64,000 bases of DNA from a candidate division WS6 bacterium GW2011_GWF2_39_15. Lineage in GTDB: Bacteria; Patescibacteriota; Dojkabacteria; SC72. The notes below the pieces were generated by a model that was given only the letters and a program-made list of their open reading frames with translations, did no database searches and was not told the origin of the DNA. Below are positions 1 to 8,920 of this stretch, piece by piece. Position numbers and translations under genes: made by a program. Positions within the stretch are counted from its first letter, which is position 1. Each line of letters starts with the position of its first letter. Location: contig LBWK01000002.1 of NCBI GenBank assembly GCA_000993565.1, positions 160,620 through 224,619 of the forward strand. The letters run 5' to 3'.

Positions 1-1
1 A

Positions 2-235
2 CATCAGCATGTACTTGTTAACGGAAAGAAATTGAATATTCCTTCTGTAAAATTGAATATTGGTGATGAGATTGAGCTCAAAAATCCTAAGCTTGCACCT
101 GAAAAGACAGAGTTAAAAACTCCTCTTTGGATGGAAAGGGATAAGAACAAGGGAAAGATTGTAAGAGAGCCTGTTAGAGATGATATTGACGAAGGAATTA
201 AAGAGAACTTGATAATCGAGTTCTATTCTAGATAA
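2..235 (+). CDS. rpsD: 30S ribosomal protein S4, C-terminal part (5' end lies outside window)
   Basis: In-frame translation from position 2 reads HQHVLVNGKKLNIPSVKLNIGDEIEL..., which matches the S4 RNA-binding domain. The gene sits immediately upstream of rpoA, as in the canonical alpha operon. Confidence 0.8.
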   Translation, partial: HQHVLVNGKKLNIPSVKLNIGDEIELKNPKLAPEKTELKTPLWMERDKNKGKIVREPVRDDIDEGIKENLIIEFYSR

Positions 236-255
236 ATTTTATAATCTTAATTAAG

Positions 256-1221
256 ATGCTTAGTTTTGAAGATATAACAGTAAAGGTTGTAGAAGAAGAG
301 GGAAATGCAGGGAAGTATGAGATTTCTCCTTTACCAAAAGGATACGGTCATACTCTAGTAAACTCACTTCGAAGAATTCTTCTCTCCAGTCTTGGAGGAA
401 GTGCTATTACAAGTGTCAGAATAAAGGGTGTTGAACACGAATATTCTGCTGTTAAAGGTATAAAAGAGGATGTTGTTGAGATTGTTTTGAATCTTAAACA
501 GATTAGGTTCAAGGTTAGCGCTGATGAGCCTCAGATCTGCAAGCTTCAGGCATCAGGAAAAGGAATTGTTACAGCTAAGGATATTTCAGTTGCTGCAGGT
601 GTTGAAGTAACGAACCCTGAAATTGTAATTGCCAATCTTACAGATGACAAGGCATCTTTGGTTATGGAAATTGTTGTAGAGAAGGGAGTAGGATATAGAG
701 AAGCTGATGATGAGAGCAGGTCGGAAGTAGGAAGAATTCCTGTTGATGCAGACTTCTCACCTATCAAAAGTGTTAACTTTGAAGTTACAGACGCTAGAAA
801 AGGCCAGATGACCAACTTGGATGCAGTAAAGATTTCTATTGAAACAGATGGAAGTATTGCTCCTAAACAGGCTCTTCTTGATAGTGCAAAGATTTTGCAG
901 GACTTCTCAGGAAAAGTTATGGTTGCACTTGGAGTATCAAAGAAAGAAGTTGAGCAAAGAGCTGAAGAACTAAATACAATACCGGAAGTTACTCCGGAAA
1001 CCGCAGTAGTTGAGGATGAGGTTAGCAGTTGGAAAGTCGAAGATCTTCCAATATCAAAGAGATCTAAATCAGGACTTCTTGCAGGGGGATTCCAGACAGT
1101 TGGAGATCTCTCCCATGCTAAAGTTGCTGACCTCCTTGAACTTCCAGGGTTTGGCAACAAATCTCTAAATGAGGTTGTTGAGCTAATGAAGCAGTATGGT
1201 ATTGAAATTAAGAGTGAATAA
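256..1221 (+). CDS. rpoA: DNA-directed RNA polymerase alpha subunit
   Basis: The 321-aa product has the N-terminal motif GYGHTLVNSLRRILLSS typical of RpoA, and lies between rpsD and rplQ. Confidence 0.93.
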   Translation: MLSFEDITVKVVEEEGNAGKYEISPLPKGYGHTLVNSLRRILLSSLGGSAITSVRIKGVEHEYSAVKGIKEDVVEIVLNLKQIRFKVSADEPQICKLQASGKGIVTAKDISVAAGVEVTNPEIVIANLTDDKASLVMEIVVEKGVGYREADDESRSEVGRIPVDADFSPIKSVNFEVTDARKGQMTNLDAVKISIETDGSIAPKQALLDSAKILQDFSGKVMVALGVSKKEVEQRAEELNTIPEVTPETAVVEDEVSSWKVEDLPISKRSKSGLLAGGFQTVGDLSHAKVADLLELPGFGNKSLNEVVELMKQYGIEIKSE

Positions 1222-1226
1222 TAAAA

Positions 1227-1742
1227 ATGTTTAAGAGACAGAGTTTTAAAAAATTGGGTAGAAAGGCTTCTCACAGAAGTGCTTTGAAGAAGAATCTTTT
1301 AAGATCGATATTTCAAAGCGGGCATGTTACGACAACTACTCCTAAAGCTAAGATGCTTAGAGGTGAAGTCCAAAGTCTTTTGAATAAGGTTGTAAAAAGT
1401 GAAAAGAGCTTGAACCTATTTAGAGACTTAGAAAGCATTCTGGGGACTAGAAAACTTGTAGACGCAGTTATTGCCTATACAGGGGTGTCTAAAATGGGAG
1501 TTAAGGTTCTTAAGGTTGGATTTAGACCTGGTGATAATGCTGAAAAGAGTAAGGTTGAATTGGTCGGATTCAAAGTTGAGAAGAAAACCGTGGTAAAGAA
1601 GGAAACCAAGAAAGCGGAAGAGACAAAAGAAGTTGAACAGCCTGAGAGAAAGGGTCTAAAGAGTATATTAGGAACCGGCAAGAGTGTTGGTAAAAGAATG
1701 ACTGTTAAAAGAGAAAGAGCTCGAACAAGATCAGGACTTTAA
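1227..1742 (+). CDS. rplQ: 50S ribosomal protein L17 with a lysine-rich C-terminal extension
   Basis: The N-terminus (KLGRKASHRSALKKNLLRSIFQSGHVTTTTPKAKMLRGEVQSLL) matches L17. The gene follows rpoA. Confidence 0.88.
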   Translation: MFKRQSFKKLGRKASHRSALKKNLLRSIFQSGHVTTTTPKAKMLRGEVQSLLNKVVKSEKSLNLFRDLESILGTRKLVDAVIAYTGVSKMGVKVLKVGFRPGDNAEKSKVELVGFKVEKKTVVKKETKKAEETKEVEQPERKGLKSILGTGKSVGKRMTVKRERARTRSGL

Positions 1743-1760
1743 TTATAAGTATATTTAGAA

Positions 1761-2192
1761 GTGCAGAATACTAAGTGGACAAAAAAAGAAGATATTAAGA
1801 GAGAGTGGTATATTATTGATGCTAAAGATAGAATTCTTGGGCATGTAGCCACTAAAGTAGCTTCCCTGCTTATTGGTAAGGGCAAGGTAAACCAATCTCC
1901 AAATATGGATTGCGGAGACCATGTTGTGATTATCAACAGTGCTCATATTAAGCTCACCAGAAATAAGGAAGTTAAGAAGATGTATTACAGCCACACAACG
2001 TATCCGGGAGGATTTAAAGAGATCCGATTTGATAAGCTTCTTGCGAAAGATCCAACCGCGCCTATTCGAAAGGCTATTGATAAGATGCTTCCAAAGAACA
2101 AACTTAGAGATGGAATGTTAAAAAGATTGTATGTATACTCTGATGCTAATCATGGACATGAGGCTCAGACACCAAAACCTATTAATTTATAA
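1761..2192 (+). CDS. rplM: 50S ribosomal protein L13
   Basis: The 143-aa product has the L13-like motifs REWYIIDAKDRILGHVATKVASLL and GDHVVIINSAHIKLTRNK. It is followed by rpsI, the conserved rplM-rpsI pair. Confidence 0.9.
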   Translation: MQNTKWTKKEDIKREWYIIDAKDRILGHVATKVASLLIGKGKVNQSPNMDCGDHVVIINSAHIKLTRNKEVKKMYYSHTTYPGGFKEIRFDKLLAKDPTAPIRKAIDKMLPKNKLRDGMLKRLYVYSDANHGHEAQTPKPINL

Positions 2193-2203
2193 TTTAGTGA
2201 ACT

Positions 2204-2599
2204 GTGAGTAAGAACGAATTTTTTGAAGGAGTTGGAAGAAGAAAAACATCTATAGCTAGAGTCAGAGTTTATACCGGTAAGGCTGTATCTACTATTAACG
2301 GTATGCCATATAATGAATATTTCAAAGTTGATGCAGATGCCCAATCCACTCTTAAACCATTGAATACAGTAGGTTTAGATGGAAAAGCATATTTCACAGC
2401 AAAGGTTGCCGGAGGCGGAACCACAGGTCAGGTTGAAGCTATTCAATTAGGTATAGGAAGAGCTCTTTACCTTATGACTCCGGAGCTTAAATCTGAACTT
2501 AGAAAAGCAGGATTTGTTACAAGAGATCCTCGAATGGTAGAGAGAAAGAAATATCACCAGCTTAAGGCTAGAAAGAAACCTCAGTTCTCAAAGAGATAG
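2204..2599 (+). CDS. rpsI: 30S ribosomal protein S9
   Basis: 131-aa product. The basic C-terminus ...RDPRMVERKKYHQLKARKKPQFSKR is an S9 hallmark, and the gene follows rplM. Confidence 0.9.
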   Translation: MSKNEFFEGVGRRKTSIARVRVYTGKAVSTINGMPYNEYFKVDADAQSTLKPLNTVGLDGKAYFTAKVAGGGTTGQVEAIQLGIGRALYLMTPELKSELRKAGFVTRDPRMVERKKYHQLKARKKPQFSKR

Positions 2600-2746
2600 T
2601 TGTCTTGATAAAGTATAACTTCTCTAGATTCAATCCTGTTAAATATCACGATAGTAGGAGTGTGATAGAACTTCATTGTCACTATCTATATTGCATCCTT
2701 TTGGTTTTCGATACATAATGGAGAAGTAAGTTTATCTGCTTTATAA

Positions 2747-3667
2747 ATGACTGACAAAAAGTTTACCCCAAAGAACTTCACCTTTATTATTACAGTTGCC
2801 TCTTTGGGCTTAATACTCCTTTCAATACTAGTATTTTTGTATCAAGCTTTTGTAACAGATTGGAGTGAATCATCGGTAAATCCAACAGATAGTGTTGTCG
2901 GTTCTACAGAAGAAGGAAGCGGGGAAGGTGTCGTAGCTGATTACGATAAGGGTATGCCGGATGTACTGCCTGCTCCTGACGACTCTACCGCAACAAGTGA
3001 GAAAGATCAGAAAGTAGTAAAAACTGGAACACTTAATATTGCCGTTGATGATTTTGATGATGTTGATGCAAAAGTTAGGAGTGATGTTAAGAAGGTTGGC
3101 GGGTTTGTAGCTTCTACAAATGATACGGGTGTAGAGAAGGATCGAACGCTAGTAATGACTGTTAAAATTCCGGCATCATCCTTTGATGGCTTTATAGATA
3201 AAGTCAAAGGATATGCTTCTGTTGTAAATTCATATACTGAGAGTGCAACGGATGTAACTAAAGCATACCAGGATCTGCAAGCAAGACTTAAGAATGAGAA
3301 ATCTTTGGAAACGGCTCTTGTAGGTATTTTAGATAAAGCAACTAAGGTATCTGATATTCTTGAAGTTCAAAGACAGCTGTCATCAGTTCGTCAGAATATT
3401 GAAGTATATGAATCACAGATTAAGTACTATGATTCTCAAATCGATATGTCCACAATCACTATTTCTATGAGTTTAAGTTCTGAGTCACTTGATGTGACAG
3501 GGGATGAGTGGCAGCCTGGAGGTATCTTCAGAGAGGCTGTAAAGGCCTTGGTTGCACTCGGAAAGGATTTGGGTACCCTTGGTATCTGGATGGTAGTATT
3601 CTCACCTGTCATATTGCTCTTGTACCTGCTTGCTAAATGGATTGTACGCAAGTTGAAAGTTAGTTAA
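2747..3667 (+). CDS. DUF4349-like membrane-anchored protein (N-terminal TM, coiled-coil middle, C-terminal TM)
   Basis: Hydrophobic N-terminal segment (FTFIITVASLGLILLSILVFLY) and hydrophobic C-terminal segment. The central part (LQARLKNEKSLETALVGILDKATKVSDILEVQRQLSSVRQNIEVYESQIKYYDSQIDMSTITISM) resembles DUF4349. Confidence 0.55.
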   Translation: MTDKKFTPKNFTFIITVASLGLILLSILVFLYQAFVTDWSESSVNPTDSVVGSTEEGSGEGVVADYDKGMPDVLPAPDDSTATSEKDQKVVKTGTLNIAVDDFDDVDAKVRSDVKKVGGFVASTNDTGVEKDRTLVMTVKIPASSFDGFIDKVKGYASVVNSYTESATDVTKAYQDLQARLKNEKSLETALVGILDKATKVSDILEVQRQLSSVRQNIEVYESQIKYYDSQIDMSTITISMSLSSESLDVTGDEWQPGGIFREAVKALVALGKDLGTLGIWMVVFSPVILLLYLLAKWIVRKLKVS

Positions 3668-3676
3668 TGGTATAAT
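3668..3676 (+). promoter_or_regulatory. Extended -10 promoter element (TGgTATAAT) for rnpB
   Basis: TGnTATAAT sits 6-14 nt upstream of the predicted 5' end of the RNase P RNA. Confidence 0.4.
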
Positions 3677-3681
3677 ATAGA

Positions 3682-4008
3682 GCACAAGTATCCTATGCAA
3701 CTGCTGCAGGGGTAAAATATCCCTGTAGAGGAAAGTCCGGACTTCATGTCGGTCACGAACATATTTCGTGATAGGCGCCGATGAAAGTCGGGAGGGAGTG
3801 ATCTCTCGGAGAAAAGGGCAACAGAAAATATACCGCCCCACTAACTTATAGTTAGAGGAGTAAGGGTGAAAAGGCAGTGTAAGAGACTACCAGTATATGT
3901 AGTAATGCATATAGCTTTGTAACCCCCGTTTGAAGCAAGGTGATATTAACACACCGCATAGATAGATAGTTGCATATAACAGAATTCGGCTTATGGGATG
4001 CTTGTGCA
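3682..4008 (+). ncRNA. rnpB: RNase P RNA (bacterial type A-like)
   Basis: Non-coding gap containing the universally conserved RNase P RNA motifs: GGAAAGUCCGGAC near 3730, AGGGUGAAAAGGCAGUGUAAGAGACUACCAG near 3862, and ACAGAAUUCGGCUUAU near 3979. The 5' GCACAAG (3683-3689) is complementary to the 3' CUUGUGC (4001-4007), giving the P1 helix. Confidence 0.85.
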
Positions 4009-4070
4009 AATATTGTAAGATATCTTTTGGGATTGAAAAGTAAAAGGTTTAAAGGGCAATTCCCGTGATA

Positions 4071-4436
4071 CTATCCTTTTATCTCACCACTCATTGCTTT
4101 AACTTCAGGATTGGTGGAGTGAAGGCATGAGAGTATGTATTCACTGGCCGTCTCTGGATTCATATCTGCACCGAGTGCACAATAGATGTTCTTGCCTTCA
4201 CTGGTAATAGACCTTCTATCGTCAGAAGGAGTGTATACAAGGACTCGCCTATAGAACGTCTCTGGTAAACTACGAACCGTTTCGTCTCGGCTTAGCATAA
4301 GCTCTATAACAGTATCTTCAGACTTTATTTTCCAATCTTGTCCTATGTAGGTTATTTCCTCTTTGGAGTTATTAAGAAGTTGATGACCAATTGTTTCATT
4401 CAAAGAGTGGTTTCCGTTAAATCTTAAGAGTAGCAT
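4071..4436 (-). CDS. hypothetical protein (121 aa)
   Basis: Uninterrupted 121-aa ORF in an AT-rich genome where random ORFs are short. No motif recognised. Confidence 0.4.
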   Translation of the reverse strand: MLLLRFNGNHSLNETIGHQLLNNSKEEITYIGQDWKIKSEDTVIELMLSRDETVRSLPETFYRRVLVYTPSDDRRSITSEGKNIYCALGADMNPETASEYILSCLHSTNPEVKAMSGEIKG

Positions 4437-4550
4437 GGTGTTAGTATTTAAATATGAGTTATACGTATATTATACTACAGGATAATGTGGATATAAATAC
4501 CGTAGGGTATTTTTAATATGATTATCAGTTTCTCAGAAGGTTAAACCGGC

Positions 4551-5483
4551 TTATCTTCCGACTAAATACTGACCCACATTCATAAGATTTTTGCCTTCAG
4601 GTTGTAATTCCAGTATTTCTATCTGTTTATACTTAGTACCTATTACTAATCTCTTTCTGTCCTCCAACCGTTCTCCAGCTTTAAGTTCATTAAACACATC
4701 TAATACTCTAACCTTGAATATTTTCACTCTCTGCTCATCTAAAATTGTCCATGCAACAGGCCAGGGTATAAATGCACGAACCATATGATCAATATCTTCC
4801 GCTGTATGAGTTTTAAAATCAACCTGTGCATTCTCTTTTGCTATGTCAGCCTTGTAGCAATACGTTGCTAAAGTATCATCCTGCTCAACCTCTTTTATTT
4901 TTCCCTTTGTCCATTTATCAAGAATGTCCGGAAGAATCTGTGCACTTATAGCAACTAACCTTTCTCTAAGTGATTGATTTGTATCATCATCCTTTATCTG
5001 CTCCTTAAAGATAGATAGTATAGGACCTGCATCCATTTTATCTATCATCTTAGTTACAGTTATACCGGTCTCCGTCTCTCCTTTCAGAATTGCCATTTGA
5101 ATTGGGACTGCTCCTCTATACTTCGGAAGAATTGAAAAATGGATGTTTATAGCCCCGAACTTTGGATACTCAAGAAAAAATTCTGGAATAATTTCGCCAA
5201 AGGCAATGCATACAACGAGCTCTGGTTTAAATAGTTCAATAGCGTCTTTGTATTTTTCCTCATTTGCTTCTGTAATGAATACAGGAATATTATTATCCAG
5301 CCCGTATTTCTTAACTTCGGTGGGCGTTAATATTTGTTTTCTCCCAACAGGTTTATCCCCTTGAGTTATTAATCCTACAATTTCAAACCTATTGTTCTTG
5401 TTTAGAGTTTTAAGTACGTCAAGTGATTCCCAGTTTGAACCTATAAAGACAGTTTTTATTCTTTCCATGGGATATTCTATCAT
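4551..5483 (-). CDS. fmt: methionyl-tRNA formyltransferase
   Basis: 310 aa. The formyltransferase N-domain (VFIGSNWESLDVLKTL...) and the HFSILPKYRGAVPIQMAILKGETETGITV motif match the Fmt/PurN fold, followed by the C-terminal Fmt domain. Confidence 0.88.
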   Translation of the reverse strand: MIEYPMERIKTVFIGSNWESLDVLKTLNKNNRFEIVGLITQGDKPVGRKQILTPTEVKKYGLDNNIPVFITEANEEKYKDAIELFKPELVVCIAFGEIIPEFFLEYPKFGAINIHFSILPKYRGAVPIQMAILKGETETGITVTKMIDKMDAGPILSIFKEQIKDDDTNQSLRERLVAISAQILPDILDKWTKGKIKEVEQDDTLATYCYKADIAKENAQVDFKTHTAEDIDHMVRAFIPWPVAWTILDEQRVKIFKVRVLDVFNELKAGERLEDRKRLVIGTKYKQIEILELQPEGKNLMNVGQYLVGR

Positions 5484-6172
5484 TAAAAGCCTGATGTAGT
5501 GTATTCATTTTCTGTGAATACCAGTTCTTTTGTATCAACTATATCAAAGATCTCTTTGACCTCAGGAACTGGCTTTTTAAGATAATCCCATACTTTATCC
5601 TCTTGTACCCATGAATATCTACCCTCAGGGGTAGGGACAAGATCACCCTGTGGATTCAAAAATCTGCAGGCAAAGAATATTTTATCCTCAACCAACTCTT
5701 TACTCTCATTGTATATTTTGTAATGTCTAATACTAAATAGTTCCGGTTCCCCAGTGAGTCCTGTCTCTTCTTTAAGTTCCCTTTTAGCTGCTTCAAGGAT
5801 ATTTTCCCCGCGTTTAACTTTTCCTGTAGGAAAACCCTGATAGCTATAGAAAGGGGATTTCAGCCTTGTATATAAAAGAAACTCTCTTTGTGAACCTAAG
5901 TTTCTAATACATACCATTAAAGCTGATATTTTCGCCTGTACATTAACTTTCTCATCTCCAAGATCCATGCGGTTTGCCATCTCTTTACCTAGATCGGTTA
6001 AGTAGTATAGCGATTCTTGCTTCTTTACATACCCACTTTTGATTAACTGGTCTAAATGAAAGGTAAACTTGCTGCCTTCCATGTTAAGGGTTTTGATATG
6101 TGAATATTTTAGGCCGTTAGAGTATAGAAGTTTTTGTAGAATTGAGAGCTGTTCAGGATGGAAATCTTTCAT
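5483..6172 (-). CDS. Nudix hydrolase with N-terminal winged-helix-like domain
   Basis: The Nudix box is GKVKRGENILEAAKRELKEETGL (GX5EX7REUXEEXGU). About 65 aa of helix-turn-helix-like sequence precede it. The start overlaps the fmt stop by 1 nt. Confidence 0.8.
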   Translation of the reverse strand: MKDFHPEQLSILQKLLYSNGLKYSHIKTLNMEGSKFTFHLDQLIKSGYVKKQESLYYLTDLGKEMANRMDLGDEKVNVQAKISALMVCIRNLGSQREFLLYTRLKSPFYSYQGFPTGKVKRGENILEAAKRELKEETGLTGEPELFSIRHYKIYNESKELVEDKIFFACRFLNPQGDLVPTPEGRYSWVQEDKVWDYLKKPVPEVKEIFDIVDTKELVFTENEYTTSGF

Positions 6173-6888
6173 CTTTTGATAAATTTCATGTTTAATCTAT
6201 ATGGCTTGTGCTGAAATTCCAAGTATTGAGGGTATTTTATCACGAAAAAGTCCGGTACACCCGTTTCTATTACCTGTTCAAGGACAAATCCATGTTTGGT
6301 AAAGGTGTTAGTATATGTTTGTATTGTCCTGTTTAAAAATGTCAGCTCCAATTCTTTCTCTTTGGCTATATTCCCTTTCACTCCTACCTCGCTTAAATAC
6401 CCTTTGTATCCCTGGCTTTTAATTGTGCCCTTCTGTTGGTCTACAATCCATTTAAGCGGGTGAGTTACCGAAATTACTAGCGCCCCGTTATCTGTCATTA
6501 TTGCTGAAACCTCTTTTGCTATATTGTCTAAATCATTTATGTACATAAGAAGCAGTTTGCAAGTTATTAAATTGAATTTATTCTTAAATCTTGGGAAAGG
6601 TTGTTCGAGGTCAGAGTGTATAAAATTGGTTTTTGTACATATGTTTTTTGCGGCAGAAATCATTTTCATGGAGTAGTCGATTGCGTATATGTGATTAGAG
6701 ATCACTTCGAGTCTTCGGGTAAAGCGGCCGTCTCCGCTTCCTAGATCCAATGTATAATCATTGTTTTCGTCACACAAACAGAGGAGAGAAGGCGTATTAA
6801 CAAGGTTTTCATAGGCAAAGTCAGCATTGTGATCCTCTTTTGCGTTCTTAATATACTTTGGTTGTATTCTATCCCAGATGTTTGTCAT
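6169..6888 (-). CDS. class I SAM-dependent methyltransferase
   Basis: Motif I is LDLGSGDGRFT and there is an acidic post-I residue in AIDYS. Overlaps the downstream Nudix gene by 4 nt, consistent with an operon. Confidence 0.75.
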   Translation of the reverse strand: MTNIWDRIQPKYIKNAKEDHNADFAYENLVNTPSLLCLCDENNDYTLDLGSGDGRFTRRLEVISNHIYAIDYSMKMISAAKNICTKTNFIHSDLEQPFPRFKNKFNLITCKLLLMYINDLDNIAKEVSAIMTDNGALVISVTHPLKWIVDQQKGTIKSQGYKGYLSEVGVKGNIAKEKELELTFLNRTIQTYTNTFTKHGFVLEQVIETGVPDFFVIKYPQYLEFQHKPYRLNMKFIKR

Positions 6889-7045
6889 GGCTATTGTTTC
6901 TGATTATCTGGGCAGTATCTATGTGATTATAGATTTGATTAAGGATATATTCTAGTAAAGTGGGCTTTACCAAATTGGACTTTACTAAACCGTACTTAAC
7001 TATATAATTTGTAGTAACTGCCGATATTTTATGATCAGATCTTAG

Positions 7046-7987
7046 ATGGATAGAAGAGATCGGCTGGAGTTCCTCGAAACAACATTAAAAAATTATAGGG
7101 AGCTTGATATAGGTAATGACATTGTTTTTGAGGAAGCGGTCTATCTTGCCAAGCGATGTGATAATCCTTTCTGTATAAACCGTTTTGGCCTTGCAATCCC
7201 GGAACCTGATATTGAAAGTCGAGCTAATTTTCTTGCACTTCGGATTACCCAGCTGGATGAATTAATGGCTCTGGAAAGTAAGGATGATTTTGCTTTGGAT
7301 TTGGGGGCAACTATCCTTTTGGTAATTAGGGAGATGTATAGCCTGGATTCTGTTTTAAGTTTCAGGACCGCAGTATGGTCAAAATATCTGAGTAATGAAA
7401 CCAGATATTCTTTCGTTGTACAAAGGGTTCGTATGGCGGGATTTTTTACAGATGAAGAAATGTGGAATGCTGCTATGAGAGAGAGCAAGCACATTATTGA
7501 GAGCTCATATAGGAAGGAAAGTCTTGAATTAGAAGAATATCTCGAACTTATGCAGGGCAATAAGTTAACTTCTCCATTTGGTGCAGATAGTTTGCGGTTA
7601 TTCCAAATTGCTTCGGAGTATTGGATGCTTTCATTGGGTAAACCAACTCCTTTTACAAGAGGTGATTTATATAATCTCCTCATAAGCGAGGTTAGTGAAC
7701 TTCTTGAGGCGGCCTCAAATATTAAGAAAGGTTCTCCGGATAATCGAGAAGCACGGATGAAGGAATATTCTTTTGAACTTGCAGATGTTTTCAATTATCT
7801 AATGCAAATGCTCACTGTAATGGGATATGACTTGTCGGCTACAATTCGCAAGGCGTCGGGTAAAAGGTACAGGGAAACTTTAGGAATAGGAAGAGAACTT
7901 GCATTAGGAAGAAAGATACTTTGGAATAGAAGGTTTAAGTGGTGGAGGGAGAAACGGTATGAGATTTTATTAAAGTCTTTAAAATAA
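7046..7987 (+). CDS. MazG-like nucleoside triphosphate pyrophosphohydrolase domain protein (C-terminal MazG-like, N-terminal uncharacterised, possibly a second degenerate MazG repeat)
   Basis: The C-terminal segment LISEVSELLEAASNIKKG...EYSFELADVFNYLMQMLTVMGYDL follows the MazG/NTP-PPase all-alpha pattern (E-x-x-E-L/E ... E-L-x-D-V). Confidence 0.55.
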   Translation: MDRRDRLEFLETTLKNYRELDIGNDIVFEEAVYLAKRCDNPFCINRFGLAIPEPDIESRANFLALRITQLDELMALESKDDFALDLGATILLVIREMYSLDSVLSFRTAVWSKYLSNETRYSFVVQRVRMAGFFTDEEMWNAAMRESKHIIESSYRKESLELEEYLELMQGNKLTSPFGADSLRLFQIASEYWMLSLGKPTPFTRGDLYNLLISEVSELLEAASNIKKGSPDNREARMKEYSFELADVFNYLMQMLTVMGYDLSATIRKASGKRYRETLGIGRELALGRKILWNRRFKWWREKRYEILLKSLK

Positions 7988-8014
7988 TCTTGTATTAGTG
8001 ATATAATACAAGGC

Positions 8015-8905
8015 ATGATAAATACGAGCAATATGTTTACTACAACTGCATCTGAAGTAAGAGTTGACGATGCTCAGATAAGAGGGGATTTAGACGAACT
8101 GATGCTATTAAGGGATAGTGTTGATCTTCTGCCTCATAATCTTTTTTTGGGCATAGAAGTAATACTTTACGAACCTGGGTCAAGTAAGATAATAGTCATA
8201 TCACCTATCTCCAGAATTGAGATTGATGGAGTTTGTAGACGGATAGAATATCCCGATTGGGAGGGAAATGTATATGAAATAACTCTCCAAGATTCTTCCG
8301 CAGTAAATCATGCAGTCGGGAAATTTGGTACAATTTGGCTTTTTGACCAATCTTTAATTGAGACTCGTGAACCGGAGGCTACTGCTTTGCCTTATCCATA
8401 TAGGAATAAAACATTTGGATTCCCAAACATTGCTGTGATTGCACCTCACTCAATGAGAACACGGGATAAAGATCACAGATATGATAAGGGAGGAATGATC
8501 GATCAACTTGTTAGAAATGCATCATTACTTGGAGAGGTATCTCGAAGAGGATGGCAGAATGGTAATTCTATGGACCCTGCTTTTAAAAATGATGCTTCAT
8601 ATGTGGAATTCCAGAATTTGATTAATGAGACGCTTGGACTTCTTATCCCAACAGAGTATCTTAAACAATTCTTTACTAGAAGTACTCTTGCTGAGGCATA
8701 TGCATTATTAGTTGTAAATGAATGTAAAGCAAAAAGAGGGCTTGAAGTTGAGTATGAAGATATGGAGGTAAATGTCGCGGATCCGATTGCTCTTGCTGCG
8801 ATAAGCCCAAGAGTTGGTGCCGCAATTATTGTTAAAGCCATTAAGAAGGAGTTGGGCTCTTTAGGCCATAAAAGTATGAAAGATTACCTATTACAGTGGG
8901 AATAG
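8015..8905 (+). CDS. hypothetical protein (296 aa)
   Basis: Long ORF with no recognised motif. Confidence 0.45.
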   Translation: MINTSNMFTTTASEVRVDDAQIRGDLDELMLLRDSVDLLPHNLFLGIEVILYEPGSSKIIVISPISRIEIDGVCRRIEYPDWEGNVYEITLQDSSAVNHAVGKFGTIWLFDQSLIETREPEATALPYPYRNKTFGFPNIAVIAPHSMRTRDKDHRYDKGGMIDQLVRNASLLGEVSRRGWQNGNSMDPAFKNDASYVEFQNLINETLGLLIPTEYLKQFFTRSTLAEAYALLVVNECKAKRGLEVEYEDMEVNVADPIALAAISPRVGAAIIVKAIKKELGSLGHKSMKDYLLQWE

Positions 8906-8920
8906 CATATAATCACTCTC

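Noticed and set aside
546-1274. 242-aa antisense ORF inside rpoA
   Set aside because: Opposite strand of a highly conserved gene, with Ser/Thr-rich low-complexity translation typical of antisense frames. The same applies to 12053-12505 (inside rny), 13305-13820, 7141-7794, 40825-41208 and 38765-39169.
2600-2746. Possible terminator after rpsI
   Set aside because: Only short (5 bp or less) imperfect inverted repeats without a convincing T-run.
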